This document shows positions 30,226-40,005 of a stretch of 64,000 nucleotides of DNA, piece after piece. The notes below the pieces were generated by a model. The model had not been told where the DNA came from. It was given only the letters and a program-made list of their open reading frames with translations, and searched no databases. Source of the DNA: Acidobacteriota bacterium (GTDB taxonomy: Bacteria; Acidobacteriota; UBA6911; RPQK01; JAJDTT01); the NCBI GenBank assembly GCA_965209055.1, contig OZ242374.1:2752001-2816000 (forward strand), read 5' to 3'. Numbering within the stretch: position 1 is the stretch's first letter; the number at the start of each line of letters is the position of its first letter. The position numbers were made by a program, and so were the translations under genes.

Positions 30226-32508
30226 CTATGCCCAGCGTTGTTTGACATACCCGACAAGATCGGGACCCTCGAGGATCCGAGTCGAGTTGTTCACTCGGAC
30301 GTAGAAGGCCCTGTTACGCTTGAAGACGTTGGCATAGATCGGCTCAGGTGATGGAGCGACGTGCACTAGGGCGACCTGAACGCCTTCGATAGCCTGTAGT
30401 TGAATCTTCGCCATCGTCGAGGCGAGTGGTCCGAGCGAACGCTGGACCGCGTTCGTGAGTGAATTTACGTAACGGTCTCCGTCCATGTTCTTCTTGTCCA
30501 AATCTGGTTGGATCCCGAGAATCCCGCCGTCATCAGCGATACCAATAGCGAGAGTGCCACCACTGGAGTTTAGGAATGCCGCGACGGTCTTAGTCACGGA
30601 CTCCGTGATAACCCTCTCAGGCACGTCCGGCTTGTAGCTGTAGTACGCGGACGACTTAAACTCGACCCGCTCGGTTTCCATCTCGGCTAAGAGATCTTCG
30701 ACCGTCCGTTCGGGCAGACCTACCGAAGGCGGCAGCGCCTCCTCCTCAGGAGGCTGGCCCGTGCGGAGCTTGCCGAACGCCGCTCGAACGACATCGGCAA
30801 TGAGAACACGCCGCTGTTGAAGGAAGTCCCCGTAGTCCATGTGTTCCCAGCCCTCGGGCAGGGCATGCCAGAATCGAGCTTGCTTCTGCTGCGGCCGTGT
30901 GAGTTGCTCGAAGAGTGGCTGGAAATACTCGCTGGGTGGTGAGTCACCGATATTCACGTTATCAGGCCATTCGACGAAGGTGTAATTGGCGATCTGATTC
31001 CGCTGTACAGTGCGGTTGATACCGATCGAAGTCAGGTACGCTTTGGGGAATAGATGGTGGCGTTCAACCGCGGATCGTGGCGCGTGTGTGGACGGATCCA
31101 GCAACTCGCCCAAGTGCAGCGGCGAAAACAGGGGCCGGGCATTGAGCAGAACAAGGCTTGCGTGGTAAGCAAAAACCGTCGGACCATAGGCCGACGATGT
31201 CTCGAGTGAGCTGGGGAGCTGAATGGTCCAATAGTCTTGTGTAAGCACTGTATCGATGATTCCGCTCAGCGTTGCCACAAACTCTTTACCGGTTTTCGCC
31301 TCCGCGACACGGCGGAGATCCTGTTCGACTCGGCTCTCGAAGTTGCCTGTATATCGGCCGGTAAGGGAGGTCATGAAGAACCATTGAGCGATCGCTTCGC
31401 GAAGTGTTCTGCGATCGAGGCCAAAGTCCCGATGTCCAATCAGGTACATTAGGTAGGAGAACATGAGGTTGTTCTCCGAGCTGATCATCGCTCGGCTTCG
31501 GTACCCGGCCCGGCGGACGGCCTTGAGAAATTCGTGCCAATTGGTCAGGCAAAGGGTCTCTGTCTGAGCCTCCTGTAGTGCGGCGAACTGCTTCTCTCGG
31601 ATTTCAGCCGAGACCTCACCAGTCTCCAGGTCTTTACCCCGGAGCACCTGATAGACGTATCGAAGTCGACCGCGACGCAGGGCAAGCCCCGCGACGACGC
31701 GCAGCATCTGGTCCGCTGACGGGTTGATGAATGGGTTAGCCGGAGAAGGGCCAGAGGGTGGAACCCTGGCGTCGCGAGCGAAGGTCTCCAGATGCTTACG
31801 GCCCTCCTCCCACCACACCGACATCAGGGTGAGTATGAAGTCAGCTTGGCCGAGTCGAACGCCCTCGCTATTGATGCGCACAAATACGTCTGCGACCTGT
31901 TCCTCGTCTACGTTTGATCCCAACTCCAAGACTTTGAATGGGTAGTTGCGGAGGTCATAAAGCCGGTCAATCGCCTCTTCAAGGTCGTCGCGTTGACGCT
32001 CCATCAGTTCACCCTTACTTGTCTCTAGACGCTTAAGGAACTGGCGTACCTTCTTGCCTCGACCACCGCCGTCCCAAAGAACCGATACATCGGGGATATA
32101 CTCGGGGTCCTTTACAACTGCGGCATCGGCGACCTCGAAGCTGCCGTCCCGGGGGCGAAACGCTATACGAATCCGCGAGGCGGTGTAGTCGCTACGGAGC
32201 ACTTCTTTCCCCGTTAGCACTGTGTAGAGACTGGTCAAGCGCTGCTGTCCGTCTACGATCATGAGGCGCGGTGCAGCTTCGTGGGCATGCGTGCCGATTC
32301 GACGGGCACCTATTTCGACGCCGGTTGCCCAGAAGAGCAGATTGCCAACGGGGAAACCACGGTACATCGAGTCAAAGAGGTCTCGGACCTTAGCCGGCTT
32401 CCAGACAAACGGGCGTTGGATGTCCGGCAGAGCGATCTCGCCTCTGTCGATCTCCTCAATTAGGGTGGACAGGCTGTAAGAGCTATCCTTGAAGACGGTG
32501 ATTGCCAT
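30226..32508 (-). CDS. GmrSD-type (DUF262 plus HNH) nuclease fused to a Schlafen/AlbA_2 domain
   Basis: LPDIQRPFVW, IVDGQQRLT, FVRINSEG (DUF262); ERHHLFPK..NQIANY (HNH); ETERVEFKSS..VAAFLNSSGGTLAIGIADDG (AlbA_2). Confidence 0.85.
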   Translation of the reverse strand: MAITVFKDSSYSLSTLIEEIDRGEIALPDIQRPFVWKPAKVRDLFDSMYRGFPVGNLLFWATGVEIGARRIGTHAHEAAPRLMIVDGQQRLTSLYTVLTGKEVLRSDYTASRIRIAFRPRDGSFEVADAAVVKDPEYIPDVSVLWDGGGRGKKVRQFLKRLETSKGELMERQRDDLEEAIDRLYDLRNYPFKVLELGSNVDEEQVADVFVRINSEGVRLGQADFILTLMSVWWEEGRKHLETFARDARVPPSGPSPANPFINPSADQMLRVVAGLALRRGRLRYVYQVLRGKDLETGEVSAEIREKQFAALQEAQTETLCLTNWHEFLKAVRRAGYRSRAMISSENNLMFSYLMYLIGHRDFGLDRRTLREAIAQWFFMTSLTGRYTGNFESRVEQDLRRVAEAKTGKEFVATLSGIIDTVLTQDYWTIQLPSSLETSSAYGPTVFAYHASLVLLNARPLFSPLHLGELLDPSTHAPRSAVERHHLFPKAYLTSIGINRTVQRNQIANYTFVEWPDNVNIGDSPPSEYFQPLFEQLTRPQQKQARFWHALPEGWEHMDYGDFLQQRRVLIADVVRAAFGKLRTGQPPEEEALPPSVGLPERTVEDLLAEMETERVEFKSSAYYSYKPDVPERVITESVTKTVAAFLNSSGGTLAIGIADDGGILGIQPDLDKKNMDGDRYVNSLTNAVQRSLGPLASTMAKIQLQAIEGVQVALVHVAPSPEPIYANVFKRNRAFYVRVNNSTRILEGPDLVGYVKQRWA

Positions 32509-32789
32509 GTGGAAATTCGGGTAATGGTGGTCTCATTATCCAACTGGGACGCGCAGGGCAACCGAGAGTATACAGACTGCCTCGTTTGCTCCGCAAAACC
32601 CTGAATTGACCTACAATAAAACGTCCTGAAGCGGATTCGTTATCTCAAAAGGAAGCTAACTGTCCCCGTTTCCCAACGCACCGTACCTCCCGCTGGGTAA
32701 CCGATGGCGACCACTTCGGTCAGGACTCGCTGCAAATTACCTTCGAATATGAGGTGCCGACGCACTCGCCGGCCCTATCCCTTTACGAC

Positions 32790-35363
32790 CTACCCCGGAA
32801 ACAGCATCCCATTCAGCCGCGCCTGCCACTCGTCCTCATCCACGACCTCGAAGCGCATTACCTTGTTTCGCATCGCGGGCACGAACTCGGTCCAATCGGC
32901 CTTGCGGGCGTGCTCTCCGCAGATGTCGAAAACGGACCGTTTGTATTCGGTGTCCTCCGACGCCTTCAGGTGAACGCCCTTGGTTTCCACGACGAACACC
33001 TGGCGGAATCCGTCGTCCGCCCCGGGCTCGTCATCCCGCAGCGTCACGATGAAGTCGGCGTAGATCCGCCGCGGCTTCCATCCCTGCACGTAATTGTCCT
33101 TGCGGGCGCGGTTGCGGTACCAGAAGAAGAGCCGCGCCTGCTGGTCCAAGTAGGTCGCGACCTTGTTCTCGAACTGGTTGAGATCGTCCTCCGTGATGGC
33201 GTCGAAGAGGTTGCGCTGGTAGGGGCTACCGTCCTCCCGGTTCGCCCTCTTCGCCTTCGAAACGTCGATCTCCTCGGGAAGACGATTGAAGTCGAGATCC
33301 TCCGCGACGACCAGAAAACGCATCGTCTCCGACTCCAGGAGATCTCGGAAGACCTCGCGCGACAGACGGTCGCGTTCCATCTCGACCGTTCGGCGCAGTT
33401 CTTCGAGTACGAAGACGTGATTGGCGGCCACGCGCTCGGCGGGATATTGCTCAAGCAGGGCCTCGAAGGTACGCCGGGCCAGATCACGTCCCCGCCACGG
33501 ATTGGGAACCAGGTCCAGGAGGTGGCTGGCCGCGAAAAAGTAGTCCACCGGATCCCCGCCATTGGCCGAGTCGGCGTCGTCATGGGCTGCCACGTTTCCG
33601 GGATAGCTGCCGCTCGCCACCTCCGGCTCAGGAACACGTATCTCGCCGGTCAGGTTCGTCCGCAGCAGGTCATCTTCGCGCTTCCCCTCGTCCAACTTCA
33701 GATTGCCCAGCGCCGAGAGGTCGATGTCGTCCCAGGGCAACCGCGAAAGGATGTCCGCTTCGTAGTGGACCAGACGCCAGCCGTCCACGTCCCAGATCAT
33801 GAAGGCGGGAAGGACGAGATCGCGTGCCGCCGCTCGATACTGCGGCGACTGCCGGGTCGCCAGTTTCTCCGTCGGGCCCGTCCGGCCGTCATCGGATACC
33901 ACCCTTCCTTCGAGGCCCTGCAGCCCTTCCATCCCGAATCCCTTCCGGACTTCCTTTAGGAGTTCGTTTCCCCGGCGGCTGAAGCAGAATACGTAGCTCT
34001 CGTCAAGAAAGGGCACTCCCGTCTTGCATGCGTAGGGCTGCCGCAGGATCCGGCCCACCAACTGCGTGATGCCCGTCTTGGACATCGGATTGGTGAGAAT
34101 GGTCAGGACGTAGGCGAACGGGCAGTCCCAGCCCTCCTGCAGCGCCTGTTTGGTGATGATGAAGCGGATTGGACAGTCGCGGGACATCAGGCCGCCAACG
34201 TCGTCCACCTCCTTGAGCTCGTCCTTCGAGCTGGTCTTGACCGCGATGTGCTCCGGGCTGATTCCCGGGTGCTGGAGCAGGTACTCGCGCACATCGTCGG
34301 TGTGAACGTACCCGGGCTTCCTTTGCTGTCTGCCGGTCCTCTCCACTTGAATCACGCAGATGGGCCGGATGTAGGTCCCGGACTCCGCTTCGTAAAGCTG
34401 TGCCTTGGCCTCAAGACTCTCGCGGTGTGCGACGGACTCCAGCAGGGTGTCGCTCCAGTCGCTGCTCGCCTTGTTGCGGATGTGCAGGTCGAGCTTGATC
34501 ATCTCCTCGGCGTTGAGTTCCCGGCCCAGGACCTCGACGAGCACGTTGGCACCTTTGGACGGAGTGGCTGACAGCTCGACGATCATGCAGGGGTTGAACC
34601 CTTCGAGCGTCGCCTTTGCGGTGGCGCTGTACGCCTTGTGGCCCTCGTCGAGAATGATCAGCGGCCGCAAGAGCCGAATCGTGTTGCCCAGGGAAGACTT
34701 GACGTACCGGCTCCAGAAGCCCGTGGTCTGCTCGAAGGTGTCCAGATTGGGGTGTTCCTCCAACATTTTGGTGTGCGCTGGAGGATCGTCGTCCGGGGGG
34801 AAGAACCGGTCGAAGCCGCCGCTGTCACGGAACATCCGGAGAGTGTCCTTCGTCTTCCGGGCGGCCGAGGGCAGCATGAGCAGGAGAACGCAGAGGTTCT
34901 CGGCCACATCGCGCGGGCCGAATGCCATGGTCTTCTCGAAGATGCGGGTGCGCTGACCCGACGACAGATCGAGTTGCTGGCGGTACGGGTGGTCCCGGTC
35001 CTTGAGCGCCTTGAGTGTCTGGTTGTAGATCTGCCTCGTGGGCACGATCCACAACACCAAGCCGCGCCGACTCTGCCGGAAGTGCGCGTTGACGAGATCG
35101 ATCACCCGCGTCGCGAGCAGCGTCTTGCCGCCACCGGTCGGGATCTTGAGGCAGAAGGCGGGAAGCCGCTCGCCAAGTCCGTTGTGGCGGGGCTGGTAGG
35201 GCCTCCCGGGCACAGTCCTGCTCCACGCCCGCTCCACCCAGTCGAATCCCCATTCGGGACCCTGGCTTCGCGCCGCCCTGTCGGTATCCCGCCACGTCGC
35301 GAGCCCTTCAAGGAAGCTGCGGATCGTCGCCAGCGTCCGCTTCTGGTATTCCTTCAGGATCAT
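32790..35363 (-). CDS. Type III restriction enzyme Res subunit (DEAD/DEAH helicase plus nuclease)
   Basis: MILKEYQ; KIPTGGGKT; ILDEGH; LSATP; LQEGWDCP; QLVGRILR; IYADF..VETKG. Confidence 0.88.
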   Translation of the reverse strand: MILKEYQKRTLATIRSFLEGLATWRDTDRAARSQGPEWGFDWVERAWSRTVPGRPYQPRHNGLGERLPAFCLKIPTGGGKTLLATRVIDLVNAHFRQSRRGLVLWIVPTRQIYNQTLKALKDRDHPYRQQLDLSSGQRTRIFEKTMAFGPRDVAENLCVLLLMLPSAARKTKDTLRMFRDSGGFDRFFPPDDDPPAHTKMLEEHPNLDTFEQTTGFWSRYVKSSLGNTIRLLRPLIILDEGHKAYSATAKATLEGFNPCMIVELSATPSKGANVLVEVLGRELNAEEMIKLDLHIRNKASSDWSDTLLESVAHRESLEAKAQLYEAESGTYIRPICVIQVERTGRQQRKPGYVHTDDVREYLLQHPGISPEHIAVKTSSKDELKEVDDVGGLMSRDCPIRFIITKQALQEGWDCPFAYVLTILTNPMSKTGITQLVGRILRQPYACKTGVPFLDESYVFCFSRRGNELLKEVRKGFGMEGLQGLEGRVVSDDGRTGPTEKLATRQSPQYRAAARDLVLPAFMIWDVDGWRLVHYEADILSRLPWDDIDLSALGNLKLDEGKREDDLLRTNLTGEIRVPEPEVASGSYPGNVAAHDDADSANGGDPVDYFFAASHLLDLVPNPWRGRDLARRTFEALLEQYPAERVAANHVFVLEELRRTVEMERDRLSREVFRDLLESETMRFLVVAEDLDFNRLPEEIDVSKAKRANREDGSPYQRNLFDAITEDDLNQFENKVATYLDQQARLFFWYRNRARKDNYVQGWKPRRIYADFIVTLRDDEPGADDGFRQVFVVETKGVHLKASEDTEYKRSVFDICGEHARKADWTEFVPAMRNKVMRFEVVDEDEWQARLNGMLFPG

Positions 35364-35500
35364 TGTTCCAGGCTCTCGATCGCCTTGTAGATCTGGAAGG
35401 GCAACTGCTGGAAGTCGATCTGGTACTTGTGGAGGAAATCGCGATCCAGGTATTTCGTGGGTGCGAAGACGAGCTTTCTTCTTGATCCGGCGCAGCGGAG
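35360..35500 (-). pseudogene. C-terminal remnant of the type III Mod methyltransferase
   Basis: KLVFAPTKYLDRDFLHKYQIDFQQLPFQIY...* overlaps the Res ATG (ATGA); truncated at the motif at 35503. Confidence 0.7.
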
Positions 35501-35661
35501 AGAAGGTGACCGTCCCCTTCTCACGTCCGGACTGTTGGTCGTGCGCGCTGACGATGAGCGCCGTCCGACCCAACATGCAAGCAGCCACGTAATCGGAGTT
35601 GTCGACCGCCGGACGCTCAACGCCCGATCATCGGCTTGGACACTCAAACGACGTTGTGGCG

Positions 35662-36582
35662 TCATCCAGGTTCCTGCCATTCATACCGCTCGTCCGACTC
35701 CGATTTGCCGCGAACATCCATAACCATCATGCGGCGTATGCCTAACTCTCGGAGCCGTTCTCCGTCGGACCGAAAGACCCGTTGACCTCCATCGCTCTCG
35801 GGCTCAAGCCTAGCCCTATCCTCTGCCGTTGTTTCCTCAACCCCCGTCCTATCGAAATTCCGTCTGGTGTCTTGATTAAGGTCATCGATCGTAGGGGCGT
35901 TCCACCCCGAGAACTCGGGTGGTACCACTACCTCATTGTCCGTAGCGACCGGCACATGGAGGCGTCCGACAGAAACAAACTGAACGAGATGCATATAGTC
36001 CACCTCGGCGATTTCCCACCTCCAGTGCATCGAGACGGATGGTTCGAACAGATAGTGCCAAGGTATGCACTTCTGCTCGACTTCGTCGAGCCTTCTGGTA
36101 AGAAGTGGCACGTCCGCCGCGTCGGCAAGCAAACAGCCAGTCTGGAAAGTCCTGTGACCTCGCCGTCCCTTGGGCTGTTTCCAGATCATTCGCTCTTGTT
36201 CGGTACTGTAGATGCAGTAGACCGGCTTCATTCTTGCAGTGCACGCCCCGGCAATAAGAAGGTCACGCTGTTGTCTGCCGGACGATTTCACTTTGTGTTT
36301 GACCTTCAGGACGCCGTTGCACTGCACCCGCTTTGCTTGTACCCGCATCTTAATTGTTCGCCTGTGCCCGACGATATGCCACTCCCAGTCCGCTCCGCTC
36401 TTCGCTTCCTCGCGCTTCGGGAACGTGCGGACACGTACGAGCTCTGGATGCCGCCGCCTGATTTCCAGAAGATTGCTCTCCGTAATGGTTTCTTCTCCGT
36501 AGCTCACCCAGACGTTGGACGGTGCGAGAATTCCAGATTGCGTGATGTCGAATCGCCCAGTCGGAGCAAGGTGGCAATCATG
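35662..36582 (-). CDS. DUF6615-like PD-(D/E)xK nuclease, probably frameshifted near its 5' end
   Basis: SYGEETITE, EEAKSGADWEW, RVQAKR, PVYCIY; N-terminal MIATLLRLGDSTSRNLEFSH lies in another frame. Confidence 0.65.
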   Translation of the reverse strand, partial: HDCHLAPTGRFDITQSGILAPSNVWVSYGEETITESNLLEIRRRHPELVRVRTFPKREEAKSGADWEWHIVGHRRTIKMRVQAKRVQCNGVLKVKHKVKSSGRQQRDLLIAGACTARMKPVYCIYSTEQERMIWKQPKGRRGHRTFQTGCLLADAADVPLLTRRLDEVEQKCIPWHYLFEPSVSMHWRWEIAEVDYMHLVQFVSVGRLHVPVATDNEVVVPPEFSGWNAPTIDDLNQDTRRNFDRTGVEETTAEDRARLEPESDGGQRVFRSDGERLRELGIRRMMVMDVRGKSESDERYEWQEPG

Positions 36583-36804
36583 GTTGATTTCAGGTTCTTC
36601 CTCCTCCCGGCACCTGCGGATGAAACTCTGCGATTCCTTACACGGACAGCAATCCGATCCCTATCCAGACACGTATGCACCGTATCCTGCCACATAGACC
36701 TCTTAAACTTTGAGTATAGGCTCGGGCCTGCAAGGGACGCCGGCTACAGCCACCCCTGACTGTCCGAGAGTCTTGGAGGAGCAGGCAGGGGACTGTCCCT
36801 TTGT

Positions 36805-37087
36805 GGACAATCCCGGCGCGACGGAGGTGGGGGGCGAAGCGCAGAGTTTCCGGACCCAGGTCGTGGTTTTGCTGGGCGCTGCAGTGGACCCGGCGGCCTT
36901 TTCGGAGATCCTGGTCGAGAAGGGCATTTGGAGCCTGAGTCTCCTGCTGGTCAACCCCGTCCGCTACAGCGAGGATCTGGAACTTTTCTGCTTGGTGCTC
37001 AATCGTGAATTCGACTTGGAGCGCTTAATCCCCTTGGCCGAACCGGTCCAGGTGGAGCAACGCATCGAGTCATCGGATTCCGGAGAA
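36805..37087 (+). repeat. Diverged copy 4 of the esterase 3' end
   Basis: DNPGATEVGGEAQSFRTQVVVLLGAAVDPAAFSEILVEKGIWSLSLLLVNPVRY...FDLERLIPLAEPVQVEQRIESSDSG. Confidence 0.88.
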
Positions 37088-37162
37088 TGGCACTGCGGCA
37101 GGGACGGGAACCCCGTATACTGATTGCTCTCGTGCAATAAATAGTGAGGACGAAATTATAGA

Positions 37163-39910
37163 GTGCCCCACCTACGCGAAGAGGTTCTAAACTCCTACCT
37201 CGGCTTGCTTCTTGACAGCTTCGACGGCATCAGCGCAACAACCGAGATGCGTACGTCGAGGTCTGCCATCGATATCACGGTCACTCACTCCGGCGTGCCG
37301 GATCCAGTTCCGATCTTAGTTGAAGCAAAGATTGGAGACTCTCCCGCCAACCGACGGAAGGCTGCCGACCAGGCTCGCTCCCGCCTGCATGGTGCATCCC
37401 GTTCACTTGCATTCGGGCTCTGCTATCCTCGTAACCTGAGGGACGCCTCCGTCTCGGCACACGAGACGCAGGAAGCACTTGCAAGTGCCTCTATTGCCTT
37501 TGCCCCCGTGCGCCGCACGGACTCGAAAACAACGTGGAGAGAAGGAACTGTCGCAGACCTTGCGAACAGCCTTAGAAACACCGATCTGTCCAGGCAGCGG
37601 GTCGCCGATGAGATCGAATGGACTGTTCGTAAAGCGGCCAAATTACTCTACGTGCAGGATTGCGCCAAAGTCGTCGCAAACGCCCTGACGCTACCGAATG
37701 TCAAGGACAAGGATCTGCGTGCCGCCGCGCTTGTGGGGTCGCTGATCCTGTCGAACGCCGCGCTGATTCACCAGCGCCTGCGACTGGTACCGACTCTCTC
37801 GACAATCCCGCCCTTGGAGACGATTCTGGCAGACCAAGGCAATGCGTCCTCGCGTATTCGAGACGCGTGGGGCGCGATTCTCGATATCGACTACCATTCA
37901 GTTTTTTTGCCCGCGCTGACTGTCGTCAACACTCTTTCCGACCGCCAACTCTGGCCCGCCATGGGCTGGATTTGTGAGAATGCCGTTGCCGTCGCCGATG
38001 AGCTTGCCTCGCTCCGCTTCGACCACGCCGGCCCGCTTTACCATCGCCTATTGGCATCCGCGCAATTCGACGGATCTTTCTATACCAACCATGTTTCCGC
38101 GCTCCTACTGGCCCGGCTTGCCCTCCCTGATGACTTGGTGGACTGGTCGGATGTGGACCTCCTCGCACGTCTGAAGGTCATCGATCCCGCCTGCGGGACC
38201 GGCACGTTGCTCATGGCGGCCATGCATACCATCCGCGACCGCCACGACGAGTCGGCACCGGATGGCGCCGAGTCCGACCTCCTGCATCTCGCATTGGTCG
38301 AGGACGCGCTCTATGGATTGGACATCAACCGCCACGGTGTTCAGCTTGCCGCCTGCAACCTGACTCTGGGAAACCCCCGCATCGACTACCGGCGCATGAA
38401 CCTGTTCACGATGCAGCATGGACCGCAGTCCGACGGCGAGGCCAAGGCGGGATCGTTGGAATTCTTGGCCACGGCGAGGGACGAGCGAGACCTCACGAGC
38501 TTCATCAGGCCGCTTGCAACGACCGGAGAGCTGGACGCGGAGCGGGCAGAGCCCGGGGATGCTTCCACCGGCTCGCTTACCGAGCAGTTCGATCTCGTCA
38601 TCATGAATCCTCCGTTCACCCGCAATGACATCCGGAACCGCCAGTACAGCTATCGAGACCGCCGCCGATTGCAGAAACGGGAGATCGAGATTGCGCAGTT
38701 CCTGAAACACCGCAAACCACTCGCATTCAGGGCCATCGACCAGACTAGTGTTAGCACCTTCTTCTCGCCTCTGGCCGACGCATTGCTCAAGAAAGAAGAT
38801 GCAACTCTCGCCAAGGTTGTTCCAACGACAGCGTTGACAAATGCATCAGGTCACTCTGAACGTAAGTTCCTCGCCGATCGATTCCAGATCGAGACTGTCA
38901 TTACGAGCCACGACCCGAGTCGAGTCAATTTTTCGGAGAGCACGACCATCCATGAGTCGCTTCTGGTCGCTCGGCGGCCAGAGACCGAACGTCGTGCCAC
39001 GCGCTTCATCTCCCTCCGGAAAATGCCAACGGACGCGCACGAGGCGATCTTGCTCTCGGACCGAATCAACCTCGGCGAGCCGCTGGGCGAATGGGGAACG
39101 GAACACAGGTGGCCATGGCCGAGAGTGCGCGAAGGAGACTGGACGGCTGCGCTCTACTACCACGCCGAACTGGCGGAGGCGATGCACGATCTGGCGGCCT
39201 TGGCGGCAACCGACCTCGTTCGCGCGGGAAAGATTTGCAGTATCGAGCCGGAGGGGCGGAGAGTTCGAGATGCATTCGTCCGCTATCCAAGGCGGTCAGC
39301 GCCTTGGACCTCGCCTGTGCTTTGGGACCATCCCACGGGGATTCAGACTACGATGCAGGCCGCGGCCGATGTCATGGCGGCCCCGAAGCCTGACAAAGAA
39401 CGATACGCGCATTACACGCTCCTCCCGAAAGCGAGCCGGCTGCTTATCGTCAATCGGCTGCGGACCAACACGGTGCGAGTGGCTGCCTGCTACGCGGACA
39501 ACCCGCTCTTGGGGTCGGCTTGGGTTCCAGTCCGTCCAAAGGCGGCGACTCGAATGTTTGAGAAGGCGCTATGTGCGTGGTGGAACTCGACGCCGGGTGT
39601 CTTGACGCTGCTCCATGCCCGTGCGAAGGCGCTGAACTATTCGCGCTATGCTCTCGATTCGCTTCGTGCTCTCCTCGTGCCCGATCCCGAGTCAGTCGAC
39701 GTCGCGGTACTGGCAGATGCGTTCATCGCTCATCAATCCAGTCCGCTGCAGCCTTGGCCACGCATGAATGAATGTCCCACCCGAGTCGCCCTTGACCGAG
39801 CCGCAGCACGAGTGCTTCGGCTCGACGGACATACCGTAGCGAGGTGGCGCAAGCTGATTGCGAACGAGCCGACAGTGTCAGGTAGTCGTCCCGTATACCC
39901 CATGTCCTGA
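37163..39910 (+). CDS. Type IIG-like fused restriction endonuclease / N6-adenine methyltransferase
   Basis: N-terminal DI..ILVEAK nuclease; GSFYT; VIDPACGTGTLL (motif I); VIMNPPF (motif IV). Confidence 0.82.
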   Translation: MPHLREEVLNSYLGLLLDSFDGISATTEMRTSRSAIDITVTHSGVPDPVPILVEAKIGDSPANRRKAADQARSRLHGASRSLAFGLCYPRNLRDASVSAHETQEALASASIAFAPVRRTDSKTTWREGTVADLANSLRNTDLSRQRVADEIEWTVRKAAKLLYVQDCAKVVANALTLPNVKDKDLRAAALVGSLILSNAALIHQRLRLVPTLSTIPPLETILADQGNASSRIRDAWGAILDIDYHSVFLPALTVVNTLSDRQLWPAMGWICENAVAVADELASLRFDHAGPLYHRLLASAQFDGSFYTNHVSALLLARLALPDDLVDWSDVDLLARLKVIDPACGTGTLLMAAMHTIRDRHDESAPDGAESDLLHLALVEDALYGLDINRHGVQLAACNLTLGNPRIDYRRMNLFTMQHGPQSDGEAKAGSLEFLATARDERDLTSFIRPLATTGELDAERAEPGDASTGSLTEQFDLVIMNPPFTRNDIRNRQYSYRDRRRLQKREIEIAQFLKHRKPLAFRAIDQTSVSTFFSPLADALLKKEDATLAKVVPTTALTNASGHSERKFLADRFQIETVITSHDPSRVNFSESTTIHESLLVARRPETERRATRFISLRKMPTDAHEAILLSDRINLGEPLGEWGTEHRWPWPRVREGDWTAALYYHAELAEAMHDLAALAATDLVRAGKICSIEPEGRRVRDAFVRYPRRSAPWTSPVLWDHPTGIQTTMQAAADVMAAPKPDKERYAHYTLLPKASRLLIVNRLRTNTVRVAACYADNPLLGSAWVPVRPKAATRMFEKALCAWWNSTPGVLTLLHARAKALNYSRYALDSLRALLVPDPESVDVAVLADAFIAHQSSPLQPWPRMNECPTRVALDRAAARVLRLDGHTVARWRKLIANEPTVSGSRPVYPMS

Positions 39911-40005
39911 GCGGTCTCCACGGGACCGTCCCCAGTAGCGTTCAGCAATACCATTCCTCTTTGTCGCTTCGTCGCGTGTCGGACTTCTGCGAAGATGCCA
40001 GCTCG

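Noticed and set aside
35364-35588. N-terminal extension of Res in the 932-aa ORF call
   Set aside because: It reads through the motif and the mod remnant; the real start is MILKEYQ at 35363.
17540-37087. Esterase 3'-end copies as DGR template/variable repeats
   Set aside because: No reverse transcriptase in the window, and the differences are not confined to adenines and include indels.
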